Part shown: piece by piece, positions 39,683-50,118 of the stretch | Numbering within the stretch: the stretch's first letter is position 1 | Layout: every line of letters begins with the position of its first letter | Assembly: GCA_038046805.1 (NCBI GenBank) | Contig: JBBSVO010000003.1 | Location: forward strand, 83,120 to 147,119 | Source: Candidatus Micrarchaeota archaeon | GTDB taxonomy: Archaea > Micrarchaeota > Micrarchaeia > Anstonellales > Bilamarchaeaceae | Direction of reading: 5' to 3' | DNA: 64,000 nt | Translations under genes and position numbers: made by a program | Notes under the pieces: model-generated | Databases searched by the model: none | What the model was told of the DNA's origin: nothing | Seen by the model: only the letters and a program-made list of their open reading frames with translations

Positions 39683-39875
39683 TCAAACACCTCCATATTG
39701 CCATGCGAGATACCTTGCAGATATCAGCTATGCCACGTATGCGATACTCTCCACTCAGATAGAGCTTCCTCGCCAAATCCACCTGTTCTTTACTAAGCGC
39801 TCTTTTCCTTCCCCTGCGCTCAAACCGTCCGAAGTCTTCTTTTCTATTGCCGTGTTTCTAAACACCCTTTTTCAT
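39666..39875 (-). pseudogene. Hin-type HTH gene with in-frame TAG at codon 6
   Basis: Manual translation: MKKGV*KHGNRKEDFGRFERRGRKRALSKEQVDLARKLYLSGEYRIRGIADICKVSRMAIWRCLNGGSS. Confidence 0.65.
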
Positions 39876-39906
39876 TTTTCATCAAATTCACCCCATTTTT
39901 TATTTT

Positions 39907-39964
39907 CCCAATTGAACGGCAAACCGTTCAATGGGCGCGATGAACGTTTCGACGTTCATCCGCG
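39907..39964. repeat. Double-hairpin repeat, family B
   Basis: Reverse complement aligns gap-free with 51957-52014, with compensatory stem changes. Confidence 0.85.
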
Positions 39965-40272
39965 TTATTTTGTTTTCAATTCCAGATCCCGTGACTTGCG
40001 GTCACGATCTCTCGATGTATTTTCTAATACATCAAGATTCCAAAATTCCTTCAGCGCCAAGTCTACCCAAAAAGAAAATTTCAAACAAAAATTCAGATTT
40101 CTTCAAGGGTCGGGCTGGATATGTGGAATTAGCACGTAGTTGTGGTTGTTATGCCCGAATCCTTGCTTGCCATTTTTATCAAATAAATTACAGTTCAGGT
40201 TCTATTTAAAGGTTTGTCACGGAAAACGCGTTGACAATTCCATTTAAATACGTAATGTACCAACATAGAATT

Positions 40273-40761
40273 ATGAAACCATCTACGAAATTTGCTTTGA
40301 AAAACGCGATTATACACCCAAAAATCACGGCCAGGGCTGCATGGAATGCATATATCAGTGAGAAACCATTTTTAGATCGGTTGAAAACCACCCAAATGGC
40401 TTTGGTGAAACTGAGAGAATTCATGTTAGAGAATAAATTTACAAAGACTGAGCAAAAGCATGTTGCAGAGGCTGCAAAAGGACTGGAGTTCATTATTCAG
40501 GTTGGGCACCATTCGGAAAAACCAAAATCAATAGCAATTGTCACGAGAATGATGAAGGGTGTCATGTATTATAGGGTAATAAGAGCAGAAGCCACGGATG
40601 CATTTCCGAAAAGAGTTGATGAGGCAAATAGAATCGAACCGAATACGGCTTTTGATTCCGAGTTTTGCATGAAGGCGAGACTAATCGCTTCTGCCAGTCA
40701 ACAATTGGCTGAAGCTGGCGACGCGTTTCGGGACTTATTCCTCAAGCCGCAATTCGGATAG
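40273..40761 (+). CDS. Hypothetical helical protein
   Basis: ORF downstream of a TTTAAATA box. Confidence 0.6.
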   Translation: MKPSTKFALKNAIIHPKITARAAWNAYISEKPFLDRLKTTQMALVKLREFMLENKFTKTEQKHVAEAAKGLEFIIQVGHHSEKPKSIAIVTRMMKGVMYYRVIRAEATDAFPKRVDEANRIEPNTAFDSEFCMKARLIASASQQLAEAGDAFRDLFLKPQFG

Positions 40762-40889
40762 AATCAAACAACAAGATTTCATGGCCAAACAGAACAATTT
40801 TAAGTCTTGTTAGAAACATTAATACATCGCTGAAAAAACGTTGGAGTTGAACCGAATTTTATGGGTTTATCGACAAAGAGGTGTATCGC

Positions 40890-41978
40890 ATGAACAGGTT
40901 CATGCGAGGAGGCCCACGCACTGCTTCTACAACAGGTATAGCACCACCCAGTCCTGGTTCTGCAGCAGTAATTCGCACTATAGATACATTTCTCCGCGTG
41001 CGCACCAGAGCTGACGAAACAGCAAATGGTTCGTGGAATGACAGACGAACGAAATTTGTCGCTTCATGCAGGATTCTTGCAGAGGACATTCTTAGATTGA
41101 ATAACGAGGGGATTGCACTTTCCAAAGACCAGATTAGACTCCGTATGATCGTAAAAGGCTTGGATTCTAGCAATGATTTTGCAACATCTGCAGTTGGTAT
41201 TGGCGATGTCTTTAATTTCATTTCCCACGGCGTTGGGATGCCACGAGTCATGTTTGGTAATTCATTCGAACTTGGAGAGTACATTCGTTTATTTTGTATC
41301 GAACATGGATTGGAAATGCCATATAACCCAAACCCTTTGAATCTTTCAGATACAACCACGGTAGTAATCAGATTAAGACACGAAATATTGATTAGACATA
41401 TACAGATACCTGATGAAGAGATGAGCAGATTACTTACTGCAGTTCATTTTGACATTTTTTCCGAAGTTCATGCATTATTCCGCGAAGCGTTGCGGGTCGT
41501 GAAGAGCGGAGTCGGAGAATTACAGCCTCTTGTCCGCTCACTCATAGATATGTCAGGCAAAAGTATTGATGCCTGCATGACATTAACTGTTATTGCAGCT
41601 TTTTGTGCGAATTCTAAAGACAGACTGCAAGCTACTGAACGCCTCCTATCTTTGAGGGCATCTCCTGATTCACGCATTTCGATTACTGCCCACACTATTT
41701 TGTTTGATTTGCAGGCATATTCCGAGTATGGAGACATCAGAAGGCTCCTGAATGATGCGGGTTTTACTAGCAGATATTACGAGGATTTGTTTACCAGAGA
41801 ACACCCACGATCGAGACTAGATCCTGCAGTTGGGGAGATCCATGACCAAAAAAGAGGGTTTGCCATTCGCGTTATTGGCGGAGAGCGGAAAATCATAGAT
41901 AAAAAACCAAGAATCGTAGGCGGAACCTCAAAAACAGTACCTCTCGAACATAATGAAGCATTTGGAAAATTCGATTAA
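40890..41978 (+). CDS. Hypothetical protein
   Basis: Long ORF with GAGGTG SD-like motif. Confidence 0.7.
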   Translation: MNRFMRGGPRTASTTGIAPPSPGSAAVIRTIDTFLRVRTRADETANGSWNDRRTKFVASCRILAEDILRLNNEGIALSKDQIRLRMIVKGLDSSNDFATSAVGIGDVFNFISHGVGMPRVMFGNSFELGEYIRLFCIEHGLEMPYNPNPLNLSDTTTVVIRLRHEILIRHIQIPDEEMSRLLTAVHFDIFSEVHALFREALRVVKSGVGELQPLVRSLIDMSGKSIDACMTLTVIAAFCANSKDRLQATERLLSLRASPDSRISITAHTILFDLQAYSEYGDIRRLLNDAGFTSRYYEDLFTREHPRSRLDPAVGEIHDQKRGFAIRVIGGERKIIDKKPRIVGGTSKTVPLEHNEAFGKFD

Positions 41979-41986
41979 ATTAATTT

Positions 41987-42490
41987 TCACTTCCTTGTTT
42001 TCACATACTTGAACGCATCATGTCCTGCATGGACTTTAACATAATTTTTCACGAACGCAAGAAATGCGCGCGGTTTTTCAACTACTAGTCTTCTATCACG
42101 CACCCGCGCACCAAAACCAAGCCTAATGAGAATCATCTCATCCTGTTTTCTAGGACGCTCAATATATATGAAACCCTTTTCATCAATCCCGCCCGCAGAA
42201 TCAAACATCCCGGCAAGATAACTCGCAGCGTATTCATTCAGGTATTTGAACCGCTCGAGCTGCTCGTCTTCAACATCCTGAAAGAATTTTCTATAAGCAG
42301 TATGATAAAAGTAAACGCTGTCTTGAGTGGCAAGAAGCTTGTCGCTGGTCGTAAGTCCCAGGTCTATTGCATCTTTGGAAAAAATCTCGCAAAAAGAACT
42401 CTCTCCATAAACCCCAATTCCTTCCTTTGTCCTGCGCTTGCGCCAGAAACCAATCACATATGAAAGTTCGGGAGTAAGTTTTATTTTCAT
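41987..42490 (-). CDS. Stand-alone degenerate LAGLIDADG-fold protein
   Basis: LTPELSYVIGFW and SYLAGMFDSAGGI resemble the two LAGLIDADG helices. Confidence 0.7.
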   Translation of the reverse strand: MKIKLTPELSYVIGFWRKRRTKEGIGVYGESSFCEIFSKDAIDLGLTTSDKLLATQDSVYFYHTAYRKFFQDVEDEQLERFKYLNEYAASYLAGMFDSAGGIDEKGFIYIERPRKQDEMILIRLGFGARVRDRRLVVEKPRAFLAFVKNYVKVHAGHDAFKYVKTRK

Positions 42491-42544
42491 GAGATATTCA
42501 CCCAGTATGGAAAATATAAATCGTACTGATACAACATATCAGAA

Positions 42545-42967
42545 TCAATGCATCAGAATCTTCTTTGGAACAGATAGTATTTTTTCCTCTCGTTTTCCAA
42601 CTGCAAGCTCAGCAACTTCGGAATTCAAAAATTCATCGCGCTGAAGCGTCAGCCATCTGGCAACCTTGAACGGAACTCCGGCTCTTTTGAACATATCCCT
42701 TAATTCATTTTGTTCTGACTGGGAAAACGGCTCCCTGCCAGATGAAATCCGATCGTTTGCAGTATTAAGGAGCAGTGAAAAACGTTTGATATCTAATTCT
42801 GAGGATTTTCCAGTGCCAAGTGCTGTAAGAAGTCCGCGCGCGAGAATTGTGTTTCGCTTCTTTGTTTTATCAAGAAGTCGTTTCAGGCTGGAGGCATCCC
42901 GCTCTCCGAGTTTTCCGAATCGTGCAGAATCAAGCACCCTTTTCGCGAAATCTTCAAAGAATCCCAT
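42545..42967 (-). CDS. Hypothetical protein
   Basis: 140-aa ORF with GAGG upstream. Confidence 0.6.
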   Translation of the reverse strand: MGFFEDFAKRVLDSARFGKLGERDASSLKRLLDKTKKRNTILARGLLTALGTGKSSELDIKRFSLLLNTANDRISSGREPFSQSEQNELRDMFKRAGVPFKVARWLTLQRDEFLNSEVAELAVGKREEKILSVPKKILMH

Positions 42968-42992
42968 AAAAATTCCTCTAAATTTTTATACT

Positions 42993-43130
42993 CCAATTGA
43001 ACGTCGCAACGTTCAATGGACCATAAAACGTTTCAACGTTTTATTGGTGTCGAAAATCTCGGATTTTCTCCATGTCGCGAACGACGATTCGTTCGCGAGC
43101 ATGTTCATGAATGCAATGCATTCACGACAT
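42993..43130. repeat. Hairpin cluster: family B-like (42993-43047), small hairpin, family A (43072-43130)
   Basis: CCAATTGAACGTCGCAACGTTCAATGG...; ATGTCGCGAACGACGATTCGTTCGCGAGCATG...GACAT. Confidence 0.85.
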
Positions 43131-43161
43131 CCCATAATATAATCCCCGTACAAACTGGGCG

Positions 43162-45432
43162 CTAAAGATTCTTAATCTTGTTCTTCCAGTCATCAACCGC
43201 TTCCTTGAACTTCGCCCTTTCTACAACCACTATACTCTCAACATCCCGGTATTTTATGAGCGCAAGAACGACTTTCCCCCCGACTACGGCGACGCTTCCA
43301 TATTCATGCATGTGCATTTTCTGTGAAAGGGTCCGCAGATAGGAAAGAAGCTTCACTGCAAGAACGCCAAACACAGTCCCGCTTCCACCGTCTGCTACCT
43401 GAACAACTGTAAGTTTTCCGCTTTTCACTACTGCAACGCCGCGCATCAGATTTTTATCAAGAAGGAGCTTTGTCGCATCCTCTGCACTCATAGTTTTTTT
43501 CTTTATAACGTTTCCTTCAAATGAAAAACCAAGATCCTCGTGCTCTTTTGCATATCTTGAAAGAGCCCATAATCTAAGTGAGGATGGAATTGTAAGAAGA
43601 TTCGAAGCATATGCCTCATTCTTATCACGCAAAAGCGCGGTGATATTATCGCTCCATTTTGGCCAACTCTCCTCGGAAACTCGCTTTTTCTCATGCAGGC
43701 TGTCCATAGCCCCTTCAACCTTCTCAAGCATTTCCGAGATCGTTTTCTTTGCGTAGTTATCAGCCTTTGACAAAAGAGTGTCTATATGTTGAAGTGAAAT
43801 CGTACTTAGGAGATCGTATTCTTCACCTACTTCAAAACCATTTTTTCCGAGCTGGTCCACCAGGCTTTTAAGTTCCCCGATTTTTGACTTAAGCTGAGTT
43901 ACGTTTGCAGCAAAAACATCTTTTTCTTCTTTTATCGCCTGCCCGTAAATGCGCTCAAGCGCATATATTCTGACGAAATTATCCACACTGCTATATAGGA
44001 GAAGCATGCCTGCAGCAACTCCAAACCATGCACCGAATCCATAATAGTCTTCAAAAACGAGCGGAATAAAACGAAGAACATCAAATTCGCTGTCACCTGT
44101 TTTGGCAAGAAATAGAGATATTCCAATGCCAACAACAAACAAAAGAACTCCAAGTCCCGCATCGGTCTTCCAGCGCATTTCGGTTTTTCCAATCACTCTT
44201 TTGAACGCAGCAGTATTATTTTCGTGTTGTGACCGCGCTTTCAATAGATTAAATGCAACCAGCGCCATAGAATAGAAGAAGAGGATTATAATGATCGTAA
44301 GTGCTGTTGCCACACCAAGAGAAATAAAGTAATTTTTTGTGAACGAATGAAACAAATCAAAAATGGCAATGCTCGGTTTGAGGGCATCTGTGCTTATGCT
44401 TTTGATTATTATAACCGGTCTGTCCAAACGCTCAGCAACATCAGAAGGCGCCATTGTAGATGTGAACTCATAGAAAAGAATTGATTTTTTATTTACATAC
44501 GGTTTTATCGTAGGCCAACTGATTTCGCCCTTGTCGCTTTTTATCTGCTGCGGGGAAACAAATTCAGAAGAAAGTGCTGCAATTGAAGGCGTAACAACAT
44601 CTTTTACGATAAGGTCGCTATATACACCATTTTTTACATCTCCTGTGCGCTCCAGTTCCAAAAAGACATAATAACGATAAGATGAAGGTTTCATGCTGTA
44701 TGCGACCAATCTGTCAAGCATTTCGCGGAGATTGTCCGCTCCGTATGTCCCCATGTCACAAATCCCGAACACATCTGATTGGGAGAGCGGATTTGCATTA
44801 ATGGCAGCCACAAAGGATTCTATTTCAAGGATCCGGCTTACCATGTCTGATTTTTTTGAATCAGAAGTTTCCGCATCCTTGAGCGACGGTATCTTGTTTT
44901 GTAGGGAAACAGTGGCATCGTATATTCCGCTGTTTGCCTTGACGTATGAAAGAATGAAATGACCCAGAATGTCAGGATAATCCTCGACAAGCTTTTTGCA
45001 TTTTTGGGAGCTGGATGAACAAAGTTTTGAACACGTCGCCTCATCAAGACATCTTACTCCGCTAAGGCCTATCGCACCGCCACATTCCTTGTCGGCATCT
45101 GCCTTTTCCTTTATGAAATTCTCAAAAAGTGATTCGATCTTGTCTGCATCTTCCGAACTGAGTTCCTTGAGCTGACTGGTTTCCACCGAATATGCCGGAA
45201 CCACGATCAGGTTTCTCCTAACAAGTATATCTGTGTCCTTGAGCCGATATGCTGTGAACGAATAGGTAAGGACATCCTGATAAAAATCGCCTTCTATATC
45301 GTAGGAATTCGAAGATAGTACTATTTCTTTCTTGTTTTCGGATGCAATTTTTTCACTTATGCAACCAGAAATCAACAGCACGGCAACAATGCTGAACAGC
45401 AGCATTACGCGCGTGATGCGCGGGTATTCCAT
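43162..45432 (-). CDS. Large membrane protein (lipoprotein-like signal, Cys-rich ectodomain, 3 TMs, coiled coil)
   Basis: LLISGC motif; C..C..C..C cluster; hydrophobic helices. Confidence 0.8.
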   Translation of the reverse strand: MEYPRITRVMLLFSIVAVLLISGCISEKIASENKKEIVLSSNSYDIEGDFYQDVLTYSFTAYRLKDTDILVRRNLIVVPAYSVETSQLKELSSEDADKIESLFENFIKEKADADKECGGAIGLSGVRCLDEATCSKLCSSSSQKCKKLVEDYPDILGHFILSYVKANSGIYDATVSLQNKIPSLKDAETSDSKKSDMVSRILEIESFVAAINANPLSQSDVFGICDMGTYGADNLREMLDRLVAYSMKPSSYRYYVFLELERTGDVKNGVYSDLIVKDVVTPSIAALSSEFVSPQQIKSDKGEISWPTIKPYVNKKSILFYEFTSTMAPSDVAERLDRPVIIIKSISTDALKPSIAIFDLFHSFTKNYFISLGVATALTIIIILFFYSMALVAFNLLKARSQHENNTAAFKRVIGKTEMRWKTDAGLGVLLFVVGIGISLFLAKTGDSEFDVLRFIPLVFEDYYGFGAWFGVAAGMLLLYSSVDNFVRIYALERIYGQAIKEEKDVFAANVTQLKSKIGELKSLVDQLGKNGFEVGEEYDLLSTISLQHIDTLLSKADNYAKKTISEMLEKVEGAMDSLHEKKRVSEESWPKWSDNITALLRDKNEAYASNLLTIPSSLRLWALSRYAKEHEDLGFSFEGNVIKKKTMSAEDATKLLLDKNLMRGVAVVKSGKLTVVQVADGGSGTVFGVLAVKLLSYLRTLSQKMHMHEYGSVAVVGGKVVLALIKYRDVESIVVVERAKFKEAVDDWKNKIKNL

Positions 45433-45481
45433 GAACAGGGTTTAAATCTTTAGCTTTTAAACCTTTTTGAGGAGGTTGAAC

Positions 45482-46834
45482 ATGCAGGTTTCACAAATTC
45501 TAAAGAGTGTGCTTGAACGGATTTCACCGACAACGACAGAAGTTGAGGCAGAAAAAAGGTTTGCAGAAGAAAGCATGGATAAGCTCCGAAACTATGTTCC
45601 AGACGGAGCGCACGTAATGTTGATGGGATCTGTTGCTAAAGGAACCTTCCTACGCGGAAACATGGATGTTGATATATTTATCCTGCTTCCGAAAACGGTG
45701 CGACAGGATGAATTCGAAAGTATTGCAAAAAGGGCTGCTGCCGGAGCATTTCCCGGCCCGGACACAAGAATCATCATAAGGTATTCCCAGCACCCATACG
45801 TAAGCGTTTATGCAAAATCAGGGGGAGAAGAAAGGAAACTTGATATAGTTCCTGCTTATGAGATAAAAACCGCCAGCGAACGGATTACTGCGGTTGACCG
45901 CACAACATTGCATGTAAAATATATTTACAAAAATCTGAAACGCAGTGCAATTCCAGATGTACGTCTTCTTAAAAAATTCCTCAGGGCAGCAGGGGCATAT
46001 GGGGCAGAAATAAGGATTGAAGGTTTTTCCGGATATCTTTGCGAACTGTTGATAATAAAATATGGAAGTTTTATGCGTTTCCTGCGAGAGGCTGCACAAT
46101 GGAAAGAATCGACTCGCAACGAGAATAAAAAGAATGTTTTGATAATAGACCTTGCGAAATATTATCCACGCGCGCTTTATCCCAGGCTTATTGAAAAGTT
46201 CAAGGATTCTAGATTGATTGTTATAGATCCGACGGACAAAAACCGCAATGTTGCAGCGATTGTTTCCAAAGAAAGCATACGAAGACTATCATTGGTTGCA
46301 CGTGCGTTCATAAAAGCACCAACCGAAAAATACTTTTTCAGAACCGAAAATGAAATAATGGGGGAAAAAATGAATTATCTGAAAAAGAAGAGCGGAAAAA
46401 CTTACGAGATAGTATTTCCTGCTCCGCGAGTTCCCGAGGATGTGTTATGGGGACAATTGAAAAGAATGGCAAAGGACTTAGTAAATTATCTGGAAAGAAA
46501 TGACTTTGAAACAAGCGGAATTGTAGCCGATGCCAATGAGAAAGAAGCAAAAATTTTCATTGGGGTGAAAACAGAAACACTCGGAAAAATACGACTAATG
46601 TCAGGACCTCCTATGAAAAAAGAATTCGAAAAGAACCTAGAGGAATTCAAAAAGGCACACCCTAGATCAAGAATTATAATAAAAAAAGGAAAGACATTTG
46701 CAGAAGTCCAGAGAAGCCTTAGAGATTCAAATGACGCAATTTCAATGTTCTTTAAAACTCGGGTCTTACCATCCCATTTTATAGAAAAAAGAGGAGTAGT
46801 GACGATAAAAAGAATTGGTGGAGGGAAAAAGTGA
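45482..46834 (+). CDS. cca: CCA-adding enzyme (class I)
   Basis: GSVAKGTFL..DVDIF, YSQHPYV, DIVP, AVDRT, GFSGYLCELL, IDPTD..RNVAA. Confidence 0.96.
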   Translation: MQVSQILKSVLERISPTTTEVEAEKRFAEESMDKLRNYVPDGAHVMLMGSVAKGTFLRGNMDVDIFILLPKTVRQDEFESIAKRAAAGAFPGPDTRIIIRYSQHPYVSVYAKSGGEERKLDIVPAYEIKTASERITAVDRTTLHVKYIYKNLKRSAIPDVRLLKKFLRAAGAYGAEIRIEGFSGYLCELLIIKYGSFMRFLREAAQWKESTRNENKKNVLIIDLAKYYPRALYPRLIEKFKDSRLIVIDPTDKNRNVAAIVSKESIRRLSLVARAFIKAPTEKYFFRTENEIMGEKMNYLKKKSGKTYEIVFPAPRVPEDVLWGQLKRMAKDLVNYLERNDFETSGIVADANEKEAKIFIGVKTETLGKIRLMSGPPMKKEFEKNLEEFKKAHPRSRIIIKKGKTFAEVQRSLRDSNDAISMFFKTRVLPSHFIEKRGVVTIKRIGGGKK

Positions 46835-47913
46835 CAGACCAGAAGACGCGGTCAATAGTGATTGTAGCGATTATATTCCTGATAGTACTCTTTGGATGCC
46901 TGCAACAGGCAGGAAATGAAATTTCAAAAGAAAAAGCAAAGGAAAAATCCGGCGAAAAAGATAAGGTCAATGAAAACGAGGATATGACTCCGCTTCCGGA
47001 AATCGGATCGCAAACTGAAACAGAATCACAGACAACGACCGAGACCAAACCACCGACGGAATTTAACCCGAAATCATTTGGCAACCCAAATCCGAGAAGC
47101 GTCCAGCCACATCCCGAACAATGTTGCAATCATCCATATTATCATTATATAGTTAGTGCAGGTTCCGATAATGGATTAAATTGGCAGGAAGACAGCATAG
47201 ACACCGTGATCCGCGACCATGCAAGCGTTCCGGATTATGCAATACTTGACGATGGAACGCACATGCTCTATTTTGTTGACGGAGTTTACGACACGCTTGG
47301 CTGTATGGAATCAAAAGATGGTAAAACATTTGTTGAAGTTGAGTGCAGAATTTACAATTTTACAAAAGAAAAAGTCTGGGACCCGAACGTGGTAAGCATA
47401 GGAAACAGCACCTATCGCCTGTTTTTCTTTTCTCCGGAATTTGAACCAGGGATGGGGCAACCAAATGGGTTTGATCAGCCAAAAAATAGAATATTCAGCG
47501 CAATCTCAAAGAACGGAAAGGATTGGCTTATGGAATCTGGGGTTAGGTATGAGGATATTTCTATAACAGATCCTTCAGTCATCAAAAGAACTGATGGGAC
47601 ATGGTATATGTTTGTTTCACATGGAAATACGATCATCCAGGCCGAAAGCAGCGACGGATTAACATTCAAACGATTGCAGGAAATAAACACAATTGGGGGG
47701 GTTCCGGACGTAACACAAATCAATGGCAAATATTACCTGTTCACGTGTGCAAATGGAATAAGTTACTCGATTTCAGATAATCTCGTGGATTGGAGCAAAC
47801 TAAAAAACGCGATAAAACCATGGGGTGGTGGAGTGATTTGCGACCCAACTGTTGAGAAGACAAATGAAGGATATATGATGTTTTTGAAAAGAATGGGAAT
47901 GAATAAACAATAG
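46831..47913 (+). CDS. Lipoprotein with glycoside-hydrolase-like beta-propeller repeats
   Basis: LFGC motif; SVPD/WDP/TDP/GVPD/CDP blade motifs and SxDGxxW/F boxes. Confidence 0.75.
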   Translation: MTDQKTRSIVIVAIIFLIVLFGCLQQAGNEISKEKAKEKSGEKDKVNENEDMTPLPEIGSQTETESQTTTETKPPTEFNPKSFGNPNPRSVQPHPEQCCNHPYYHYIVSAGSDNGLNWQEDSIDTVIRDHASVPDYAILDDGTHMLYFVDGVYDTLGCMESKDGKTFVEVECRIYNFTKEKVWDPNVVSIGNSTYRLFFFSPEFEPGMGQPNGFDQPKNRIFSAISKNGKDWLMESGVRYEDISITDPSVIKRTDGTWYMFVSHGNTIIQAESSDGLTFKRLQEINTIGGVPDVTQINGKYYLFTCANGISYSISDNLVDWSKLKNAIKPWGGGVICDPTVEKTNEGYMMFLKRMGMNKQ

Positions 47914-47971
47914 AATCAAAGAAAAAACAGAAAAAGAAAAAATTCAAAAAAAATAAAGAAAGAACCCTGGT

Positions 47972-48226
47972 CTACTTTTCCGGCATTGTGATTGCATTAT
48001 CCGTGCTTTCAAACGAGAAATCTGGCTCCTCAATTATCGGAAGCTCATCCTCGCTTAGTTCAAGAGGCGGAAGGGAAGAGGAAGCAGATGGCGTTTTTGT
48101 TGAGCTGCCAGCCACGCCCGAAGCACCCGTTTTCCCAATCTGCCCGATGCAACCAAACAGCACCATTGCAAAGGCTACCAATACTACAACCACAAGTAGT
48201 GTTTTCATAAAAGACACCTTAGACAC
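47972..48226 (-). CDS. Small lipoprotein-like protein
   Basis: LFGC motif, acidic tail. Confidence 0.65.
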   Translation of the reverse strand: MSKVSFMKTLLVVVVLVAFAMVLFGCIGQIGKTGASGVAGSSTKTPSASSSLPPLELSEDELPIIEEPDFSFESTDNAITMPEK

Positions 48227-48232
48227 TGCGTG

Positions 48233-49213
48233 CTACTGCAATACTCCGCCTTCAGGAGGCGCAGGTCCAGTAAAATTCTGACCGACTTCAACCTGTGTGG
48301 CAGCTGCGGCCGGACCTTGGGTAATCTTCTTATAAAGTACCCTCAGTTTTTGTGCTGCATCCTTTAGCTCCTTGACAACAGTTTCGAAATCTCCCTGGTC
48401 ATAAGCTTTTCCAGGCATTGTTTTGCCGGTTACATCCGCAAGCAATGCACGAATACTTTCCACATCTTCGTCGTATCCCATCGCAACCGCACGATCATTC
48501 ATTTTTGAAAGAACTGCATCTATTGAAGCGATTTGATATCTTGCCCAGACATGGAGATGCCTTTGCCTGAGTTCTTTTTCCTTTTCAATTACTTTTTGAC
48601 CATCTCCGGTAGATACAGCATCTTCCAGCTCAGATACTTTCTCATCGGCCTCTGAAACAACATCACTCATATTGGTTGTGTCGATTCCCTTTTCTTTCAG
48701 TTTATTTATCCTCTCAAGCTGTTTTGCTCTCCATTCCTTTACATAATCAACTTGAGCATTCCCTACATGAAGCGCGTTCTCTCGAAGACACTCTGCCATA
48801 GTCTGCTTGTTTTCAACAAAACTCTTCCTGAGAGCAAGACGCATATCCTTGTCTTTTCTGACCGCGTTCTTTACGTCATTATAGGTCAGGACAACATCTT
48901 TACCGTCTTGCAAGAGCAGTTGCATTGCATCAAGGAAACCTTTTCGGTCGCCATTCTCTGCAGCAGATTTCAATGTTACAAGATCCGTACCAATCTTTTC
49001 CCGTAATGCATCAACGCTTATATTGTACTTTGTTCCAAGACCAATGTCTTTTGCATCCTGCAGAATGCCATCATAAAATAAGGCCCTGCAAGCAACCTGA
49101 CCGTATTTTGCGACTAGTACATCGTTCTTGAGTTCCTTAAGCGCACCACCTTGCGCCATCACAAGCATGGAAAGCGCAAAAAACGCAAACACAAATTTCA
49201 ACCCACTGTTCAT
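48233..49213 (-). CDS. Secreted helical/coiled-coil protein
   Basis: Signal peptide from MNSGLK; helical charged body. Confidence 0.75.
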   Translation of the reverse strand: MNSGLKFVFAFFALSMLVMAQGGALKELKNDVLVAKYGQVACRALFYDGILQDAKDIGLGTKYNISVDALREKIGTDLVTLKSAAENGDRKGFLDAMQLLLQDGKDVVLTYNDVKNAVRKDKDMRLALRKSFVENKQTMAECLRENALHVGNAQVDYVKEWRAKQLERINKLKEKGIDTTNMSDVVSEADEKVSELEDAVSTGDGQKVIEKEKELRQRHLHVWARYQIASIDAVLSKMNDRAVAMGYDEDVESIRALLADVTGKTMPGKAYDQGDFETVVKELKDAAQKLRVLYKKITQGPAAAATQVEVGQNFTGPAPPEGGVLQ

Positions 49214-49351
49214 ATTTTTCACCCGCAGGCCAATCGCCAGCAAAATACATTGCGAACCGCCCCTATTTATATAAACTGTCGAAAAACTTTGGAAAAGCTT
49301 TTTTTTTGGAATGGGAGAAGAATTAAAAAGGCTGATTTCCATTCGTATGTC

Positions 49352-50086
49352 ATGCGGACAATTGTTGCAGTACTCTTGATTCTCACTTTACTACATGCTA
49401 CCACAGTATATGGAGAAATTTATGATGGGGAGGAGTTTGAACTCTTAAACAACGCAGTGATAAAGGTATCTGGACTAACAACCCTTCAACTTGTTGCCAA
49501 TGAGAATTACAGTATTGAACTTGAACCGGGAGAGTATCAGGTAACAACGCGATTCTACGAGAATGGAACAATGAAATATTATTCAAAGGACAAAGTAACT
49601 GCAGCTGGAAACGAAACAAGATTTGATATAGTTGTTTTCCCCGTAGATCCGCAACTAATAGATGATTTTGATATAGATATCCCGATACCACATCAACCAG
49701 GACTGGGAGGAACTAACTTATTCAAGAGTGAATTAGACGAGATTCTGTTCCTTGTAGTGATTGCAACTCTGGTTGGAATAATGTTATTTTTCTTACTCAA
49801 AAAGACGGAAAGAACGGAATTGAATTCGGAAAACGGCGAGGGGGTAAAGATACCTGTGGAAAGCCAAGGATTCGAACCAGAGAAAGAGTATGAAATTGAC
49901 GAGGACGGAAAGCGCGTGCTGAAGATTCTTGGTGAAAACGAAGGTAGGATGATACAAAAAGAATTGCGGAACATAATGAATTTTTCAGAGACAAAAATGA
50001 GCCTGGTGATTTCCGAACTTGAAGCATGCGGATTGGTGAAGAGAATAAAAAAAGGAAGGGAGAATATACTTAAGCTTGTAAAATAA
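49352..50086 (+). CDS. Membrane-anchored protein with C-terminal winged HTH
   Basis: Signal peptide, beta domain, TM, then GRMIQKELR..FSETKMSLVISELE..GLVKRIKKGRENI. Confidence 0.85.
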   Translation: MRTIVAVLLILTLLHATTVYGEIYDGEEFELLNNAVIKVSGLTTLQLVANENYSIELEPGEYQVTTRFYENGTMKYYSKDKVTAAGNETRFDIVVFPVDPQLIDDFDIDIPIPHQPGLGGTNLFKSELDEILFLVVIATLVGIMLFFLLKKTERTELNSENGEGVKIPVESQGFEPEKEYEIDEDGKRVLKILGENEGRMIQKELRNIMNFSETKMSLVISELEACGLVKRIKKGRENILKLVK

Positions 50087-50118
50087 AAGATTGAAATAAA
50101 GGAACGAAACGTGATATT

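Noticed and set aside
39594..40209. Plus-strand ORFs 39594-40139 and 39931-40209
   Set aside because: Antisense to the HTH frame and running through hairpin repeats; composition is not protein-like.
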